From positions 61,702,464 through 61,766,463 of the forward strand of contig NC_043011.1 in the NCBI RefSeq assembly GCF_006345805.1: DNA of 64,000 nt. The letters are read 5' to 3'. Below are positions 1-13,610 of the stretch, in pieces. Source of the DNA: Octopus sinensis. Taxonomy: Eukaryota. The notes beneath the pieces were generated by a model. It was given only the letters and a program-made list of their open reading frames with translations, ran no database searches and was not told the origin of the DNA. The position numbers and the translations under genes were made by a program. Every line of letters starts with the position of its first letter. Within the stretch, counting starts at the first letter, position 1.

Positions 1-43
1 TGTAGGATACTAATTTATTGTTCTTCAATAAAAAATAATATCG

Positions 44-88
44 ATAGTGACTTCGGAATTTCGGCCAGATAAGCCATCATCGGACTAT
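44..88 (-). ncRNA. Type I hammerhead-ribozyme-like motif (Penelope pLTR type), U4->C core variant
   Basis: Minus strand reads ATAGT-CCGATGA-TGGC-TTATCTG-GCC-GAAA-TTCCGAA-GTC-ACTAT: stem I ATAGT/ACTAT, stem II GGC/GCC, GAAA and a GUC cleavage triplet. Confidence 0.6.
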
Positions 89-1093
89 GAGGCATTAAGT
101 TAATCTTGGCTTTATACTCTGCTAAGATAAATTTTTTCTAAAGTTTCTAGTATTTAGTTGAACGGTAATTAATTTGTAGGGTGGGTTGTAATTAATTTTT
201 AGGGTGGGTGGAGCAAGTTTCATTGATAACATTTGTTTTTATTTTATTGTACAGAATTTGTTGTGTCGTTCTTTGTAAGTTTATGTACGTTTATGTATGT
301 GTCAAATTCAGGTCAAGAGACCGATTTTTAATGGTTCACAAAAGGACGTAGGAAGGTAGAATAATTATTTTGGTCAGCGGATGTGTCGTTAGTTTTGGTT
401 ATCTTGGGTCTTATTGGGTTGAATCCAATGCTTTGGCAATGTAAATGTCAAAGTTCAAAGTATAGACCAGCATTTAAAAACTAACTAATTCAGCGGGCAT
501 TTTTTTGTTTCTATTTAGAAGATAAAGGCTGTCAATCGATTATGTCATGACGTTTTTAGTATAGAAATTTGTTCAGCTTACGCTTTGATGCGGGTAAGTG
601 TAAAGGTTGTTGGTATATTTCTCTCTAGAAGTCCCTTGTTCTATAAGCAATAAGAGTAATATGGAGAGACTGTAATCTTCGTGTTTTATGGAAGCAAAAT
701 TAGAAGACTGTGTTTATAAATATTTCTTCAATTCACTTTCAAATGTGAGCATTTTATAATATATATTAGGTGTATGGATATATGAGAAATGCGGTCTTAT
801 TAAAGGACGTATATATACTCATGTATAAAAATGGGAATAAAATAAATTTTAATTTTTAAAATTGACTTAAATATTTCAAAATTTTAATATATATATATAT
901 ATGTATAAGGCGAAAGGCGACTGCAAATATACCACGTGCACTAACCTGTAATACCCATACTTGCAACTTTTGATGCCTTCTTTGTAAATTATAGGCGGAA
1001 CTTAAATGTCACATTCGACATAAGCATTGTGACTGACAAAGAAAGAGTACGTTGGCGGATACTCATACATCGAAACCGACGGGTGAGTCCATC

Positions 1094-1134
<41 letters not shown>

Positions 1135-1162
1135 CGATTATATATATATATATATATATATT

Positions 1163-1390
1163 CGGCGTGCTGGCAGAAACGTTAGCACGCCGGGCGAAAT
1201 GCGTAGCCGTATTTCGTCTGCCGTTACGTTCTGAGTTCAAATTCCGCCGAGGTCGACTTTGCCTTTCATCCTTTCGGGTTCGATAAATTAAGTACCAGTT
1301 ACGCACTGGAGTCGATATAATCGACTTAATCCATTTGTCTGTCCTTGTTTGTCCTCACTGTGTTTAGCCCCTTGTGGGTAGTAAAGAAAT
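1163..1390 (+). mobile_element. tRNA-derived SINE (family alpha, near full length); partial 3' tail repeated at 1494-1568
   Basis: B-box-like GTTCAAATTCC in the head, body gccgaggtcgactttgcctttcatcctttcggg recurring many times in the window, tail ending ttgtgggtagtaaagaaata. Confidence 0.8.
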
Positions 1391-1405
1391 ACATATATAT
1401 ATATA

Positions 1406-1436
<31 letters not shown>

Positions 1437-1465
1437 CTGTGTGTGTCTGTGTGTCTGTGTGCGTC

Positions 1466-1496
<31 letters not shown>

Positions 1497-1565
1497 AATC
1501 GACTTAATTCGTTTGTCTGTCCTTGTTTGTCCCCTCTATGTTAAGCTGCTTGTGGATAATAAAGA

Positions 1566-1600
<35 letters not shown>

Positions 1601-2830
1601 TCTCTGCAAACAGGGACCGAATAGAACTATAAGAAATTAACACTTGACATATATTGCTATATATATAGTTGTAGATTTTATGAGCATGAAACGTCTGGGG
1701 CAAGCATTTTGGAATAGCCTCTTTGGCGTGACCCATTTGGTGTTAGTGATTCAACGCTGACTAATTTGACAGCGATGTATTAATGTTTCGTTCTTTCCCT
1801 CTGGAGAAATACGTTGACAAGCATAAATATATATGTGTGAATATATTTCCACCTCTCTCTCACTTTCGCTCACTCTCTCTTTCTCGCTCTCTTTCGCTCA
1901 CTCTCTCTTTCTCTCTCACTTTCGCTCACTCTCTCTTTCTCGCTCTCTTTTTCTCACTCTGTTTATATGTAAAAACAAATTTCCATTTTAGGTGTGTGTC
2001 GAATGGGAAAATGCTTATGTTAATCGTGTTCCGTTGATAAACTCAGTTGCTGTCTACATTCTCTTCTCTCACATTTTATGTGTATGAGTACATTTTGCGC
2101 ACGTGTGTGGTTGCGTGTGTGCATGCGTTTTCGCCAAAACTTACTTTCCCCCAAGTGGCCAAATCTGTCATCATATTTGCCAAATCGACATTATTGAAAC
2201 AGCGGCATTCAATCGTTTCATTCCCACAATAATTACGTATAATAAACGCCTCACAAATTTAGTTTTGATGTTACCTGAGTATAAACCCACAACATAAATT
2301 TATAAAAGTCATTATCGTTCGAAATTTAGTTCACATAGTTGAAACGTGGATTCTGATAGGAAGATTATTTTCAAAATAGCTTACGTGCACATTTAAACTC
2401 CATATATTCTTTAAGGTACATTTCAACACAATACCTGCGTCTTTTTGCAGCACATAATACATAGTTGTAATAGAATCTGAAAGGCAAATGCAATTCCTGA
2501 GACAATTTTTTAGAAAAGAAGACTTAATATCGTTGGTAACAAGTACAATGCATCCAGTTGTCACGTGTTAGTTTATAGAGCATGGAATCATGCCTCATGG
2601 TTTCATTAATTATTTTGGCTTCCTATATAACAGCAATCGGATGTAAACAAAGCAGGCAACCACTGCCTTCCCAAAGATTCCGCAACAGAAATTCAAGGAT
2701 GAGTGAATTGAAAGAAAAGAGGATAATACCAGGACGACAGAGTTGAGCTCATTTCAATATTGAAAATAGTTACTTTTCTAACATTTGCAACACTCTACCT
2801 GATTTAGGGTTTATATCTGTAACTTTACGA

Positions 2831-2865
2831 TCAGAGCCCTGTACCGAAGCAAGTATTCTTCAAAT
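2831..2865 (-). CDS. Possible terminal coding exon of candidate gene G1 (YLKNTCFGTGL*)
   Basis: Acceptor attgtcag, phase 1 matches the upstream exon 3494-3586, then TGA. Other terminal exons are equally possible. Confidence 0.2.
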
Positions 2866-3059
2866 CTGACAATATTTTGCATTATTTATGTTCTTTAAAT
2901 GATATGATTTATCTCTATGTTGGAAATTAACTTTGTATTTAGTAATCTTCCATAATGAGTGGACGACATTGTGTGTAGAGCGTCGACCATATTAATTTGA
3001 GCAATATTTTCTGCTTGCAATCAAATCTTGAACGCTTTTATTATTCGGTTTTCTACTTG

Positions 3060-3300
3060 AGCAGTACTCTTTACCTCACGTTGCTCCAGTTCATTCAGCT
3101 ATAGAAATGAGTTGCGACATCACTGGTAGCAAGCTGTATCGGCCTTTGCCTTTCCCTTGGATAACATTGGTGCCATCAAGAGGGAAGGTGGGTATGCATG
3201 GGTGATGGCTAGTCTTCCATAAACAGCCTTGCTCGGGCTTGTGCCTCCGACGATAACTTACTAGGTGCAATCCTATGGTCATTCATGCCCCCAAGAGGGT
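3060..3300 (+). mobile_element. SINE fragment (family beta, 3' part)
   Basis: Similar to the 3' half of the copy at 43626-44160 (aagctgtatc..ccttggataacattgg..gcatggg..ttgtgcct). Confidence 0.65.
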
Positions 3301-3493
3301 CTTTACCCTTTTACTTGTGTATCACAGAAATTTTCGAATGAATTTAATTTGAGAACACCAATTTTTAACTGAGTTAAAATGCCTATTTGTAATACACAGT
3401 TAGGGGTAACAGTTTTTATGAAAATTAAAATAAAGCATAATTATTTGATGTAACAAGAATAATAATATAGTTAATAAACTGTTACGTACTCAC

Positions 3494-3586
3494 AGTCCTT
3501 TTTACGATTATCTTCTAAGTAACGCAGGACTTCAGGACAAAACTCCCTGGCCAAGCATTTGTCAGGGTTAACATAAAACTCCACTG
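3494..3586 (-). CDS. Candidate internal exon of G1: (A)VEFYVNPDKCLAREFCPEVLRYLEDNRKKD
   Basis: Acceptor ttttcag, donor gtgagt, 93 nt, phase 1-1; the only open frame is the one compatible with exon 5986-6090. Confidence 0.5.
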
Positions 3587-3913
3587 CTGAAAATCAGATA
3601 GTTTTTACCAATAAATATTTCTTCCGCTTTGCAGAGATATAAAATACATCATAAAATAAAACGTACATTTAGTTAGAAATCATTTTATCATTATCGGTTG
3701 GATATTATATGTCATCGGCTATGATGAAGGAATATTTTAAGAGATCCAAACAGTTTCTACACTGCTTACGGCGCCTGAAGGAAAAATATATAAAAATTTC
3801 AGCGTTTAGCTATAACGGATATATGATGTCTCTTATGAAAAATCATCGCTATGATGATATAGCGCTCTCTATTGGACAAGGTTTGTTTTACTGGTGTGTT
3901 GTTACATTTGCAT

Positions 3914-4165
<252 letters not shown>

Positions 4166-4227
4166 TGGAAAGATATGAAAAGATACAAAATATATTTTGT
4201 ATCTTTTCCTTTGTCTTGCTCGCTTAC

Positions 4228-4296
4228 GTTCTGGGGTTTGCTAAATTTTCTTGAGAATATTCCTTTCTTAGTGGTAAGACCATAGAGGATCTTCTT
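4228..4296 (-). CDS. Weak alternative exon candidate ([23 protein letters not shown]), phase 0-0
   Basis: Acceptor atgctag, donor gtaagc, open frame; the phase does not fit the G1 phase-1 chain. Confidence 0.2.
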
Positions 4297-4920
4297 CTAG
4301 CATAATGGATGTCTACGTACAGGTCAACCCCTCTTATATGTATGTAATATAATTTTTTCTGAAACTTCAGATCCTTCAATATGCTAGACTACTGGTTTTA
4401 AATTGATATTAATCAAATTAATATTTAATTCTTACCCTTATTATTTTAAGTTTATATGCACATGTATGTATGTATGTATGTATGTATGTATGTATGTATG
4501 TATGTATGTATGTATGTATGTATAGATAGATAGATAGATAGATGGATGGATGTATATGACATAACGTGTGGAATAAAATATAAAATGTTTAGTGCAAGAT
4601 ATATGTAACATATAGTAATCACAATAAATTACCTACCTCGATGCCGTATATTTTGAACCTGGTTCTCCGTATCAAAAATTTACAGCAAAGCAAAATTAGT
4701 ATTTATTAGATGCATATATATTTTATTTATATTTTCTGATTCGGCAAACGAGAACAGTCCCTTCTTGTCGACACACTTTATTCTTTAGTATAGGGATTCT
4801 GGTAAAACTATGACAAACGCAACTTCGATTAGCATATTTGCTTTCGAATATACCGGAATGCATTGAGAATAGATTCGCAAGTCATTGCCTCGACCTAAAT
4901 CTCACTCTTAACAGTGCAAA

Positions 4921-4978
<58 letters not shown>

Positions 4979-5224
4979 TGTATGTATGTATGTATGTATT
5001 TGACTATTATAATAAATATTTTGATTATTCTGTAGACACATTCTCCATTTATAACGACAACTGGAATTTCAAAAAATGTAAGGTACTAATATTAACGATA
5101 AACACATATGTACATGAGGAATTTCCGGTATCGTCAATTGATATAAAGCTAAACCGCATGCACACACACAATCTCTCACTTGCGCAAAAATGTACACATA
5201 CACATAAAATGTGAGAGAGTCTTA

Positions 5225-5465
5225 TTGGTTAGGGGTATTCGGCCCACGATCGTAAGGTCAAAAGTACAATTCCCGGCGGGTGGTATTTTTTTGAGCAAGG
5301 CACTCTACTTCCCTTATCTGCAGTCCACTTAGCTTGTCAAAATGACCTGCAGCTGTAATTCAAAGCGGCCGGCCTTGTCACATTCTGAATCTCCCTGAGA
5401 AATACGTCAATGGTATGCATGTCTGTGGAGTACTTAGTCACTTCCGCGTTGATTTTATGTGCAGG
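5225..5465 (+). mobile_element. Degenerate SINE (family beta); related fragment at 6150-6305
   Basis: Decayed tRNA-like head plus body gccttgtcacattct..ccctgagaa.tacgt.aatg.tatgcatgt.tgtggagtact shared with 6150-6305 and 43860-43960. Confidence 0.6.
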
Positions 5466-5466
5466 C

Positions 5467-5540
<74 letters not shown>

Positions 5541-5674
5541 CCGAGATAACGGAATTTAAATTTTCTAATGGTTAGTTGCCCGTTTTCAGTTTCAATTCTC
5601 CTGTAGCAAGCGGATTATAAGTGGATAAATCAGTGTATTGGCTTTAGAATAACCCTCTTTAGCCCTTAATTATA

Positions 5675-5821
<147 letters not shown>

Positions 5822-5985
5822 ATATATATATATATATAGAATATATGTATGTATGTATGTGAAACAAAAGCAAAGGTTGCATATCGTGAGACAAAAGTCT
5901 CATGTGTTTAGTATAAGCAGTAAAAGCTAAGACGAAATAATGGCTATTCCGTCGAGTACTGACTTCGTCTTCGACTCACGCTTAC

Positions 5986-6090
5986 CTTCATAACAGCAGT
6001 CTGCACATCGATGCTTATCTGGAGGCTTTGCTGTGTGACCCACTAATGCCTCTGTTAGGACCGCATTAACACCCATAGTGACCCAAACGA
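5986..6090 (-). CDS. Candidate internal exon of G1: (V)VWVTMGVNAVLTEALVGHTAKPPDKHRCADCCYE
   Basis: Acceptor atttttag, strong donor AAG|gtaagc, 105 nt, phase 1-1, single open frame, GC higher than the flanks. Confidence 0.5.
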
Positions 6091-7003
6091 CTAAAAATGT
6101 TTTCCTGCTCCTATATACGATCTTTTATCGTTTTCTTCCAACCATTTGAAGGTTTATTTTGCTCCAGTCCACTCATCTGGCCAAAATGAGTTGTAACTGT
6201 AATTCGAAGCCTTGTCATATTTTGTGTGAAGCCGATACTCCCTGAGAACTACGTTAATGATATGCATGTATGTGGAGTACTCAACCACTTGCGCATTAAT
6301 TCTATCCTCGTGAGGTAATGAAAAGTGAAAGTGACATCCAATATTTGCTGTAGCTATTTGTCTTTCATTTAAAAATGTGTCTATGTAATTACTTTTCTTT
6401 TGATGTATGAATCAGTCTCCTCTGAAAACACTGATAAACATTTAAAAACACAAAACGAATGTGTCCTTACTTTTAGTAACTAACTGTCTTTTCCTCTCTC
6501 TCTTTCTCTCTCTTCCTCTCTCACTTCCTCTCTCCTGCTTTTAATTTAACAATGTGTGCATGTATCTGTGTATGTATCGACTTTTCTTTCGATGTATGCA
6601 AAGTCTATTAGGAGAATACTGATAAATATTTAAAAACACAAAACGAACGCCACCTTCCTTTCAGTCACCACTCACTGTGTCTCTCATTCCCTCTCTTTCA
6701 CTCTCATTTCCTCTCTGTCTCTCTTACTTCCTTTCTCTTGTTCTGCTACTCACTTCAATTATACCTGCTCTCCTTAACACCTTTTATTTCTTTTTTTCTT
6801 TGTACCTCTCCCTTCAAACTTTTTACTTCATCCTTTGAAGTGTGACACACACCACAGGTATGTACGTATGTACGTACGTAAAAAAACAAAAGTTAACATA
6901 GTAATATTATGGATAGTTCAAATTTAGAGAAACAAAGGATGAAGACAGGTGAGGGAACAACAAGCACGTGTATTATGTTGACGTTTGGCAAGAACGGAGA
7001 AGT

Positions 7004-7038
7004 GTTTGACGTTTCGAGCTTACGCTCTCTATCAAAAC
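7004..7038 (-). ncRNA. Degenerate minimal hammerhead-like motif (Penelope type)
   Basis: Minus strand GTTT-TGATAGA-GAGC-GTAA-GCTC-GAAAC-GTC-AAAC: perfect stem II with GNRA loop, GAAAC-GUC, stem I GTTT/AAAC; the CUGANGA core is mutated. Confidence 0.5.
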
Positions 7039-7593
7039 CCTTCTGCATTCAAACACTCAGGTAAGCAGTGTCCCTTGTGTCGTGCAAGCATTTATCGAAG
7101 ATCGATTGTCCTAGCTTCGTCTTTCCAGAAGCCAAAATCTTTTTACAATACACTTATTTAACATGTTTTCAAGTGTCCCAGTCAGATAGATGTAGTCTTT
7201 TAAGTAGGGTGATAAGGATGTATATCTAGACGAAATATGCACGATATATGCACACATGTACACTCATGCACACACAGGCACATGTATATATATTTATATA
7301 AATATATATATATGTGTGTGTGTGTGTGAGTGGGTGTGTATGTGTGTGTAAATATGTGTGTTTGTCAATGTCAATATGATTATTTAGTATATATCATAAC
7401 AAGCATCTAGATATAAAATAATAACTTAACTATACAAAATAGAACTGAATATTTGAATAAAAATACGATAAATATAGTAAAAACACAGATCAGTAGCTAT
7501 TAAAATATACTACAAACCTAACTATAATAAAATATGTAGTATAATAAATTGCCCAAACAAGAACCAGTTTATGGTAAGAAAGAGTATACTGAC

Positions 7594-7614
7594 CATTGCC
7601 AATAGGATCTCCAT
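7594..7614 (-). CDS. Candidate 21-nt micro-exon of G1: (H)GDPIGN
   Basis: Strong acceptor tatcttccacag, donor gtcagt, phase 1-1. Confidence 0.4.
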
Positions 7615-7723
7615 CTGTGGAAGATATAAAATAGGGCGAATTATATAACGCGTTCTATATAATTAAACAACAAAAATAAACAGACACACATATGTATGTA
7701 TACATATGTGCGAGTATATATGT

Positions 7724-7799
<76 letters not shown>

Positions 7800-7802
7800 G
7801 TA

Positions 7803-7948
7803 TACTACGGGCTTCTTTCAGTTTCCGTCAACCAAATCCACTCACAAAGTTTTAGTCGGCTCGAAGCTATAGTAGAAGACACTTGCCCAAGGTGCCACGC
7901 AGTAGTACTGAACCTGTAACCATGTGGTTGGTAAGCAAGCTACTTATT
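7803..7948 (-). mobile_element. SINE (family gamma)
   Basis: Same sequence family at 36110-36260, 57675-57820 and 20060-20200 (gctatagtagaagacacttgcccaagg..ccatgtggttggtaagc). Confidence 0.75.
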
Positions 7949-8329
7949 TCATTAAGATTTGCCATAAAGGCATTACAAAGAGTAGCTTGCGGGCTGGACA
8001 TATACATTGATGAGGTGAATGATGAAATAAGGATGATATTGATTGGGAGAAAACAAAAAACGCTGACCGATTTTCTGCTTCTCTTAATATTTTTCTTTTT
8101 CTTTCAACAGAATAAACAAAACGAGCTATTGAACCTTTCACGACAGTTTTTACAATTATTGGACTTAATACTCCATTACAAATAATAACATGCAATAACA
8201 TACGATAAAATGTTCAATATACAATCAACACTAGTCCATTTATAAATGGGACGCTAAGTCTCTTACACATTATAGCACGGAGGCTTCTCAACCTCCTGTC
8301 AATTTTCCACCTCATCATCGCTTGTGTCT

Positions 8330-9212
8330 GTCTACTCCGCCATATCCCATGCTTGATTTAAAATTACGGCGTGCTCCGAGTTCGGATCACCTGGCCACAT
8401 GCCATATTCCTCTTTTAGTCCCTCCAGCCTTTGAAACACGCGCAACGTTATGACCTCCACAGCTATCTGCAGAGGCCATTCAGGATCCCGTGTGAAGGCC
8501 AAAGGTACGCCTTGTAGTGTTCTTTCACAACCTTTTCCACCTCTCCGCGTCTATAAAAGAAGACCAACAGTTCTTCGTCCTCCGGGTCCGAGGGGGTCAA
8601 TTTTACCGTTGGCAGCACAACTCCCGCTAATGGTGTCTCCCTCCTCCGGTGGCACAACCGACGAGGCTCCATGACACTCCGGCACCATGTCTCCGACTTC
8701 CAGCAATGTCCCGTTTCTACTCCTCTTCTTTTTTCTTCTCGACTGGGGGAGGGTGCATCTTCTCCGTGACCTGGAAATTCGCCTCCCTCATCCCCAAGAT
8801 TCATTATAGCTCGCCTTCTTCCTTTTGCGTCTCTTCATTGAGGAAACCTTCGTCTCCTCAGCCGCTTTCATTCCCTCCTCTACAGAGGTCTCTGTCAACC
8901 GCTCCAGGACTTTTCTTTGCACTTGAGAACAGTTCTTTTTTTATATGACCAGGCTTCAAGCACCGATTAAACTTGGGGGGATGGCGTCCCTCAAGCATCA
9001 TCGGATACCTAGACCCGGCCATTCTCAAAAAGTCTGGAAATACCAGACTTTCGGCTGACTGGGTCTATAGGGCCAAAACAGCTTTTGACCCTTCCCAGTC
9101 AGCCGCAGGCAGAATATTTACGTTGAGGAGCTTGGTGCTATTGCCACCCAGACGCCGACGGATAGTATCTCCTTTCCGATCGGGATCAACTCCGGGTGGC
9201 AAGCCGCAAACC
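8330..9212 (-). mobile_element. Decayed Tx1/L1-like LINE, ORF1 (gag-like) region
   Basis: GC-rich island; minus-strand translation gives KFNRCLKPGHIKK(N)C, a degenerate CCHC zinc knuckle with a 1-nt frameshift at ~8935; stops and frameshifts throughout. Confidence 0.55.
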
Positions 9213-9214
9213 CA

Positions 9215-9309
<95 letters not shown>

Positions 9310-9728
9310 GACAAGGTAGAGAATAATGGTAAAAAATTTATCATGAAATACATTTGGTAACGGTTGGTACCGGTTTGTGGCTTCTCGACGTTTTCAACTA
9401 AGAGTGAAACAAGAAGAAAAAAATTAAAGGAAATGTATTGTAAATATCTTCATAGTCTTCATACAGGTAGGACATTTTCCTTTTTTATTCCTCTCAAGAG
9501 AAAATAATTGTGTGTGCGTGTGCGTGTGTGTGTATGTGTGCGTGTGTGTGTGTGTATGTATGCGAGAAAAAGGTTTAAAGATTCATAAATAGAGAGAAAG
9601 TGAGAGAAAGAGAGGTAGACAGATACAGACAGAGATAGACATAATTACACATGGAGAAAAATAAGGGGATTTAGATTAAAGAGGATCATTAATGACGGTG
9701 AACAACGCTTTATCTTTTAGTTACTTAC

Positions 9729-9765
9729 GAACAATAAGAATATAATAGTATAGAAAATATCTCAT
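9729..9765 (-). CDS. Candidate first coding exon of G1, signal-peptide start MRYFLYYYILIV
   Basis: CCACG-ATG context shared with 45291-45324, hydrophobic 12 codons, canonical donor gtaagt in phase 1, shared upstream block. Confidence 0.6.
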
Positions 9766-9838
9766 CGTGGGCATTCGCATTTCAGTAAATATCTTCTCTG
9801 GAATATTTATATACATGTGACAATGTCTTATGTACATA

Positions 9839-9868
9839 AAATGACGTAACAGCTGTTTCCTCTCACTG
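9839..9868 (-). promoter_or_regulatory. Conserved upstream or 5'UTR block of G1 containing E-box CAGCTG
   Basis: 27/30 identical to 45399-45428; starts 74 nt from the G1 ATG versus 75 nt for G2. Confidence 0.5.
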
Positions 9869-10267
9869 TGAGAATATATACATTAGTTCCAAAGCAGAAA
9901 ATATGATATTTAACTGACGTATATAGCGATTTGGATGACTATGAAAACTATTTTAATAATCTACTTAAGGTGTCAAAATTTCTTTTCGTTCCAAACTTAG
10001 TCTATTAAAAATGTTTTATATTTTTTTTCCTTTTGTTGGAAACAGTTTTAATAGCCGGGATCAGAACATCTGTATCAGACTGTTGTATACAATGGAAAAC
10101 GTGTATTCATTTACATATATGCCAGTGTTCATCCGTACACTTGAAAAATGATTCTAATATTTAAATAATCATACTTATTCACCCATTTATTACGTATAGA
10201 CATCTATTGACACAATCACGGATGCCCGTAAATTTACCTATACATATATATGTGTATGAATGTATGA

Positions 10268-10345
<78 letters not shown>

Positions 10346-10384
10346 ATGTGAGTGTGTTTGTGTGTCTGTATTTTTCCCCCGCCA

Positions 10385-10560
10385 TATCTTGACAATCGAT
10401 GTTTCGGTGTTTACGCCTCCGTAACTTAGCGTTTTGGCAAAAGGCATCGATAGAATAAATATTAGGCTTACAAGGAAGAAGTCCTGGGATTGATTTGATC
10501 GGCTTAAGTCGGTGCTCCAGCATGACCGCAGAGAAATGGCTGAAACAAGTAAAATAATCA
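10385..10560 (-). mobile_element. SINE fragment (family delta)
   Basis: Reverse complement of ttcagtcatttgactg.ggccatgctggagcac seen at 35850-36030 and 57265-57450. Confidence 0.7.
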
Positions 10561-10644
10561 CAGAAAGAAACAAGGAGAGAAAATAAAGAATGTGTAGTGG
10601 CTGGCGAGCCATCATGATATATATATATATATATATAGATTTAT

Positions 10645-10714
<70 letters not shown>

Positions 10715-11225
10715 TGATTGATAGATAGATAGATAGATAGAGAGATAGATAGATAGATAGATGTGACCAGCGATGTGTAGCAGCATCTGATAGCCTGGTC
10801 GGTCACGGTGACGGTGATATATATATATATATATAATTCATAAATGAGGGCAAAGGAAAAAAATTTCTAATGCCAAATATGCCGAAAAATTGGACATATT
10901 GTCCATTAACCATATAATTTTTTCACAAAACGCACGCTACTCGAAAAAAGGTCGACAGAAATTTCTAAAAAATTCCATTATTACCATATCGGACCGATTT
11001 CAGAGTTAGCTACTAAGAGCCCTCTCTTCGTCAGTGATACATGTGGCAGAAGAAATAAATGAGATACTTACTCGCACCCATGGAAGAAGCAAACAGTAAG
11101 TCATGAGCACAACTAAGTACGCCAAATACATCCAAAATAGAAATACTCCAGCCCATTCAAGACACGTGCAATTTGAACTGAGGCTCTCACAGAGTGGGAG
11201 AGTCCGGAAGTGAACGCTTAAATTT

Positions 11226-11457
<232 letters not shown>

Positions 11458-11855
11458 TAGTGAAAGAGAAAGAAAGAGATAGACACAACTAACTGCATTT
11501 GAAACTCTTCAACACGTCAAATAATTCGATAAAATGATTCTCAATGCTATCACATCATTAATGATGCCACAACATTGTACCACACTACATCATACATAGC
11601 AAATGTCGTTTTGCTTGAGCTAAGCTAAACAGCTGTTAGATTACTTTCAGGATGGTTGTGTATTTGTGTGAGAGCGTATGCATGTGTGCCTATATATATA
11701 CATATATGTATGTGCAAGTTTATCGTAATATATATCTATATATATATGTACGTATATATATGTATATCAGTAAATATACATATGAATATATACATACATA
11801 CAAGCATATAAATGTACATGCATACATACATACATAAATGCATATAAATACACAT

Positions 11856-11905
<50 letters not shown>

Positions 11906-11976
11906 CACACATGCATGCATCCATACATATACGTTATGTTATATGACTGGGCATCGATTTAACACGAATATACAAG

Positions 11977-12013
11977 ATGAAATGTTACCTCAGTTTCTGT
12001 TTTCTGGTTCTTG
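11977..12013 (+). CDS. Candidate first coding exon of G3, signal-peptide start MKCYLSFCFLVL
   Basis: ATG plus 12 hydrophobic or Cys codons, canonical donor G|gtgagt in phase 1; same length and phase as G1 exon 1. Confidence 0.6.
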
Positions 12014-12398
12014 GTGAGTATTCTTGTATCGTTTTAATCTCTGTATATAAATTAATCTAAGCCTCTTTCGATTTCACATCCACGTATGTTCCTTCTCTTT
12101 TGTATATATGCATTCATATATAACTACATATATATACACTCAAAGGGACTCACACATAACAGTCATTGTAAGTCTCCAATTGTCATATATAAATGTGCAT
12201 ACGTATTTTTATATGTAAGCCTCAGCATACATACATATGCACACATGCATATGTATTTTTTCTCTGCCTTTTTGTTTCTGTGTTCCTTTCTGTCGAAGAG
12301 CCTAGGCTTGAAACGTAAAAGACTTTCCCACTTCTCAAGCGTTAAACCAACACATCTGTTTGTTGCACCCGTCTTCGTCTTTTGCTTTTTGTAAGTAC

Positions 12399-12447
<49 letters not shown>

Positions 12448-12490
12448 ATATATATACATACATATCTATATCTATCTATCTATCTATCTA

Positions 12491-12534
<44 letters not shown>

Positions 12535-12537
12535 CAC

Positions 12538-12601
<64 letters not shown>

Positions 12602-12831
12602 TTCCATGTGAGTGTGAGTGCAAGTTTATTTTATCACATTGCGCCTGGCTGTATTTTTTAGTATACGTATTAGCGTTTAGATGAATCATCCATAAATATG
12701 ATAAATACATATATGCTGGTAGAAGAAACTAGTCGATCATCCACACAGATGACGTCTACAGTTATAGACAAAACTAGATCTAGTCTGAGTGATCTGCGAT
12801 GTGGCCGTGAGATAGTTGCTTCCCCTGTTAG

Positions 12832-12866
12832 CATGTATGTACGCTCTATGCACTCTTCCTACAGCA
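12832..12866 (+). CDS. Candidate second exon of G3: (A)CMYALCTLPTA
   Basis: Acceptor gcttcccctgttag, donor gtaaga; completes a plausible signal peptide. Confidence 0.45.
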
Positions 12867-12976
12867 GTAAGAGTAGTTTAACTCTTTTTCTAGCAATTTA
12901 GGTGCTCCGGCATCCTAAGTCACATTTAGTACCTATTGAATTCTTCCTTTATGTTATTACATTGCGCCTAGCAACT

Positions 12977-13067
<91 letters not shown>

Positions 13068-13071
13068 CACG

Positions 13072-13352
13072 TGATCACGTGACCGACCAGACCATCAGAT
13101 GTTTTACACATCGCTGGTCACAATGCGTTCGCATTGTTTTAGCCTTCGAATGACGCCACCCCGCTGGCTAAGCGAGCAGGCCAACAGAAGAAAGAGTGAG
13201 AGAAAGAATGGTGAAGGAGTACAGCAGGGATCACCACCCCCTGCCGGAGCATCGTGAAGCTCAATAAACACTCACAACGCCCGGTCTGGGAATCGAAACC
13301 GCGATCCTACGACCGCGAGTCCGCTGCCCTAACCACTACGCCATTGCGCCTC
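13072..13352 (-). mobile_element. tRNA-head SINE, well preserved
   Basis: Minus strand has A box TGGCGTAGTGG and B box GTTTCGATTCC; head nearly identical to 43626-43730. Confidence 0.8.
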
Positions 13353-13384
13353 CACACACACACACACACACACACCACACACAC

Positions 13385-13445
<61 letters not shown>

Positions 13446-13555
13446 CATGCAAAAATATATATGTATACAGGTATACTCACACACATATATATACACATAC
13501 ACACATATATATACTACACACATACATATATAGCATATTATTTAAGTATGTATGG

Positions 13556-13610
<55 letters not shown>

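Noticed and set aside
9368-9397. Strong minus-strand acceptor giving LENVEKPQT as G1 exon 2
   Set aside because: Weak donor (gtacca), looks like part of a repeat related to 16520-16560, and it disrupts the signal peptide.
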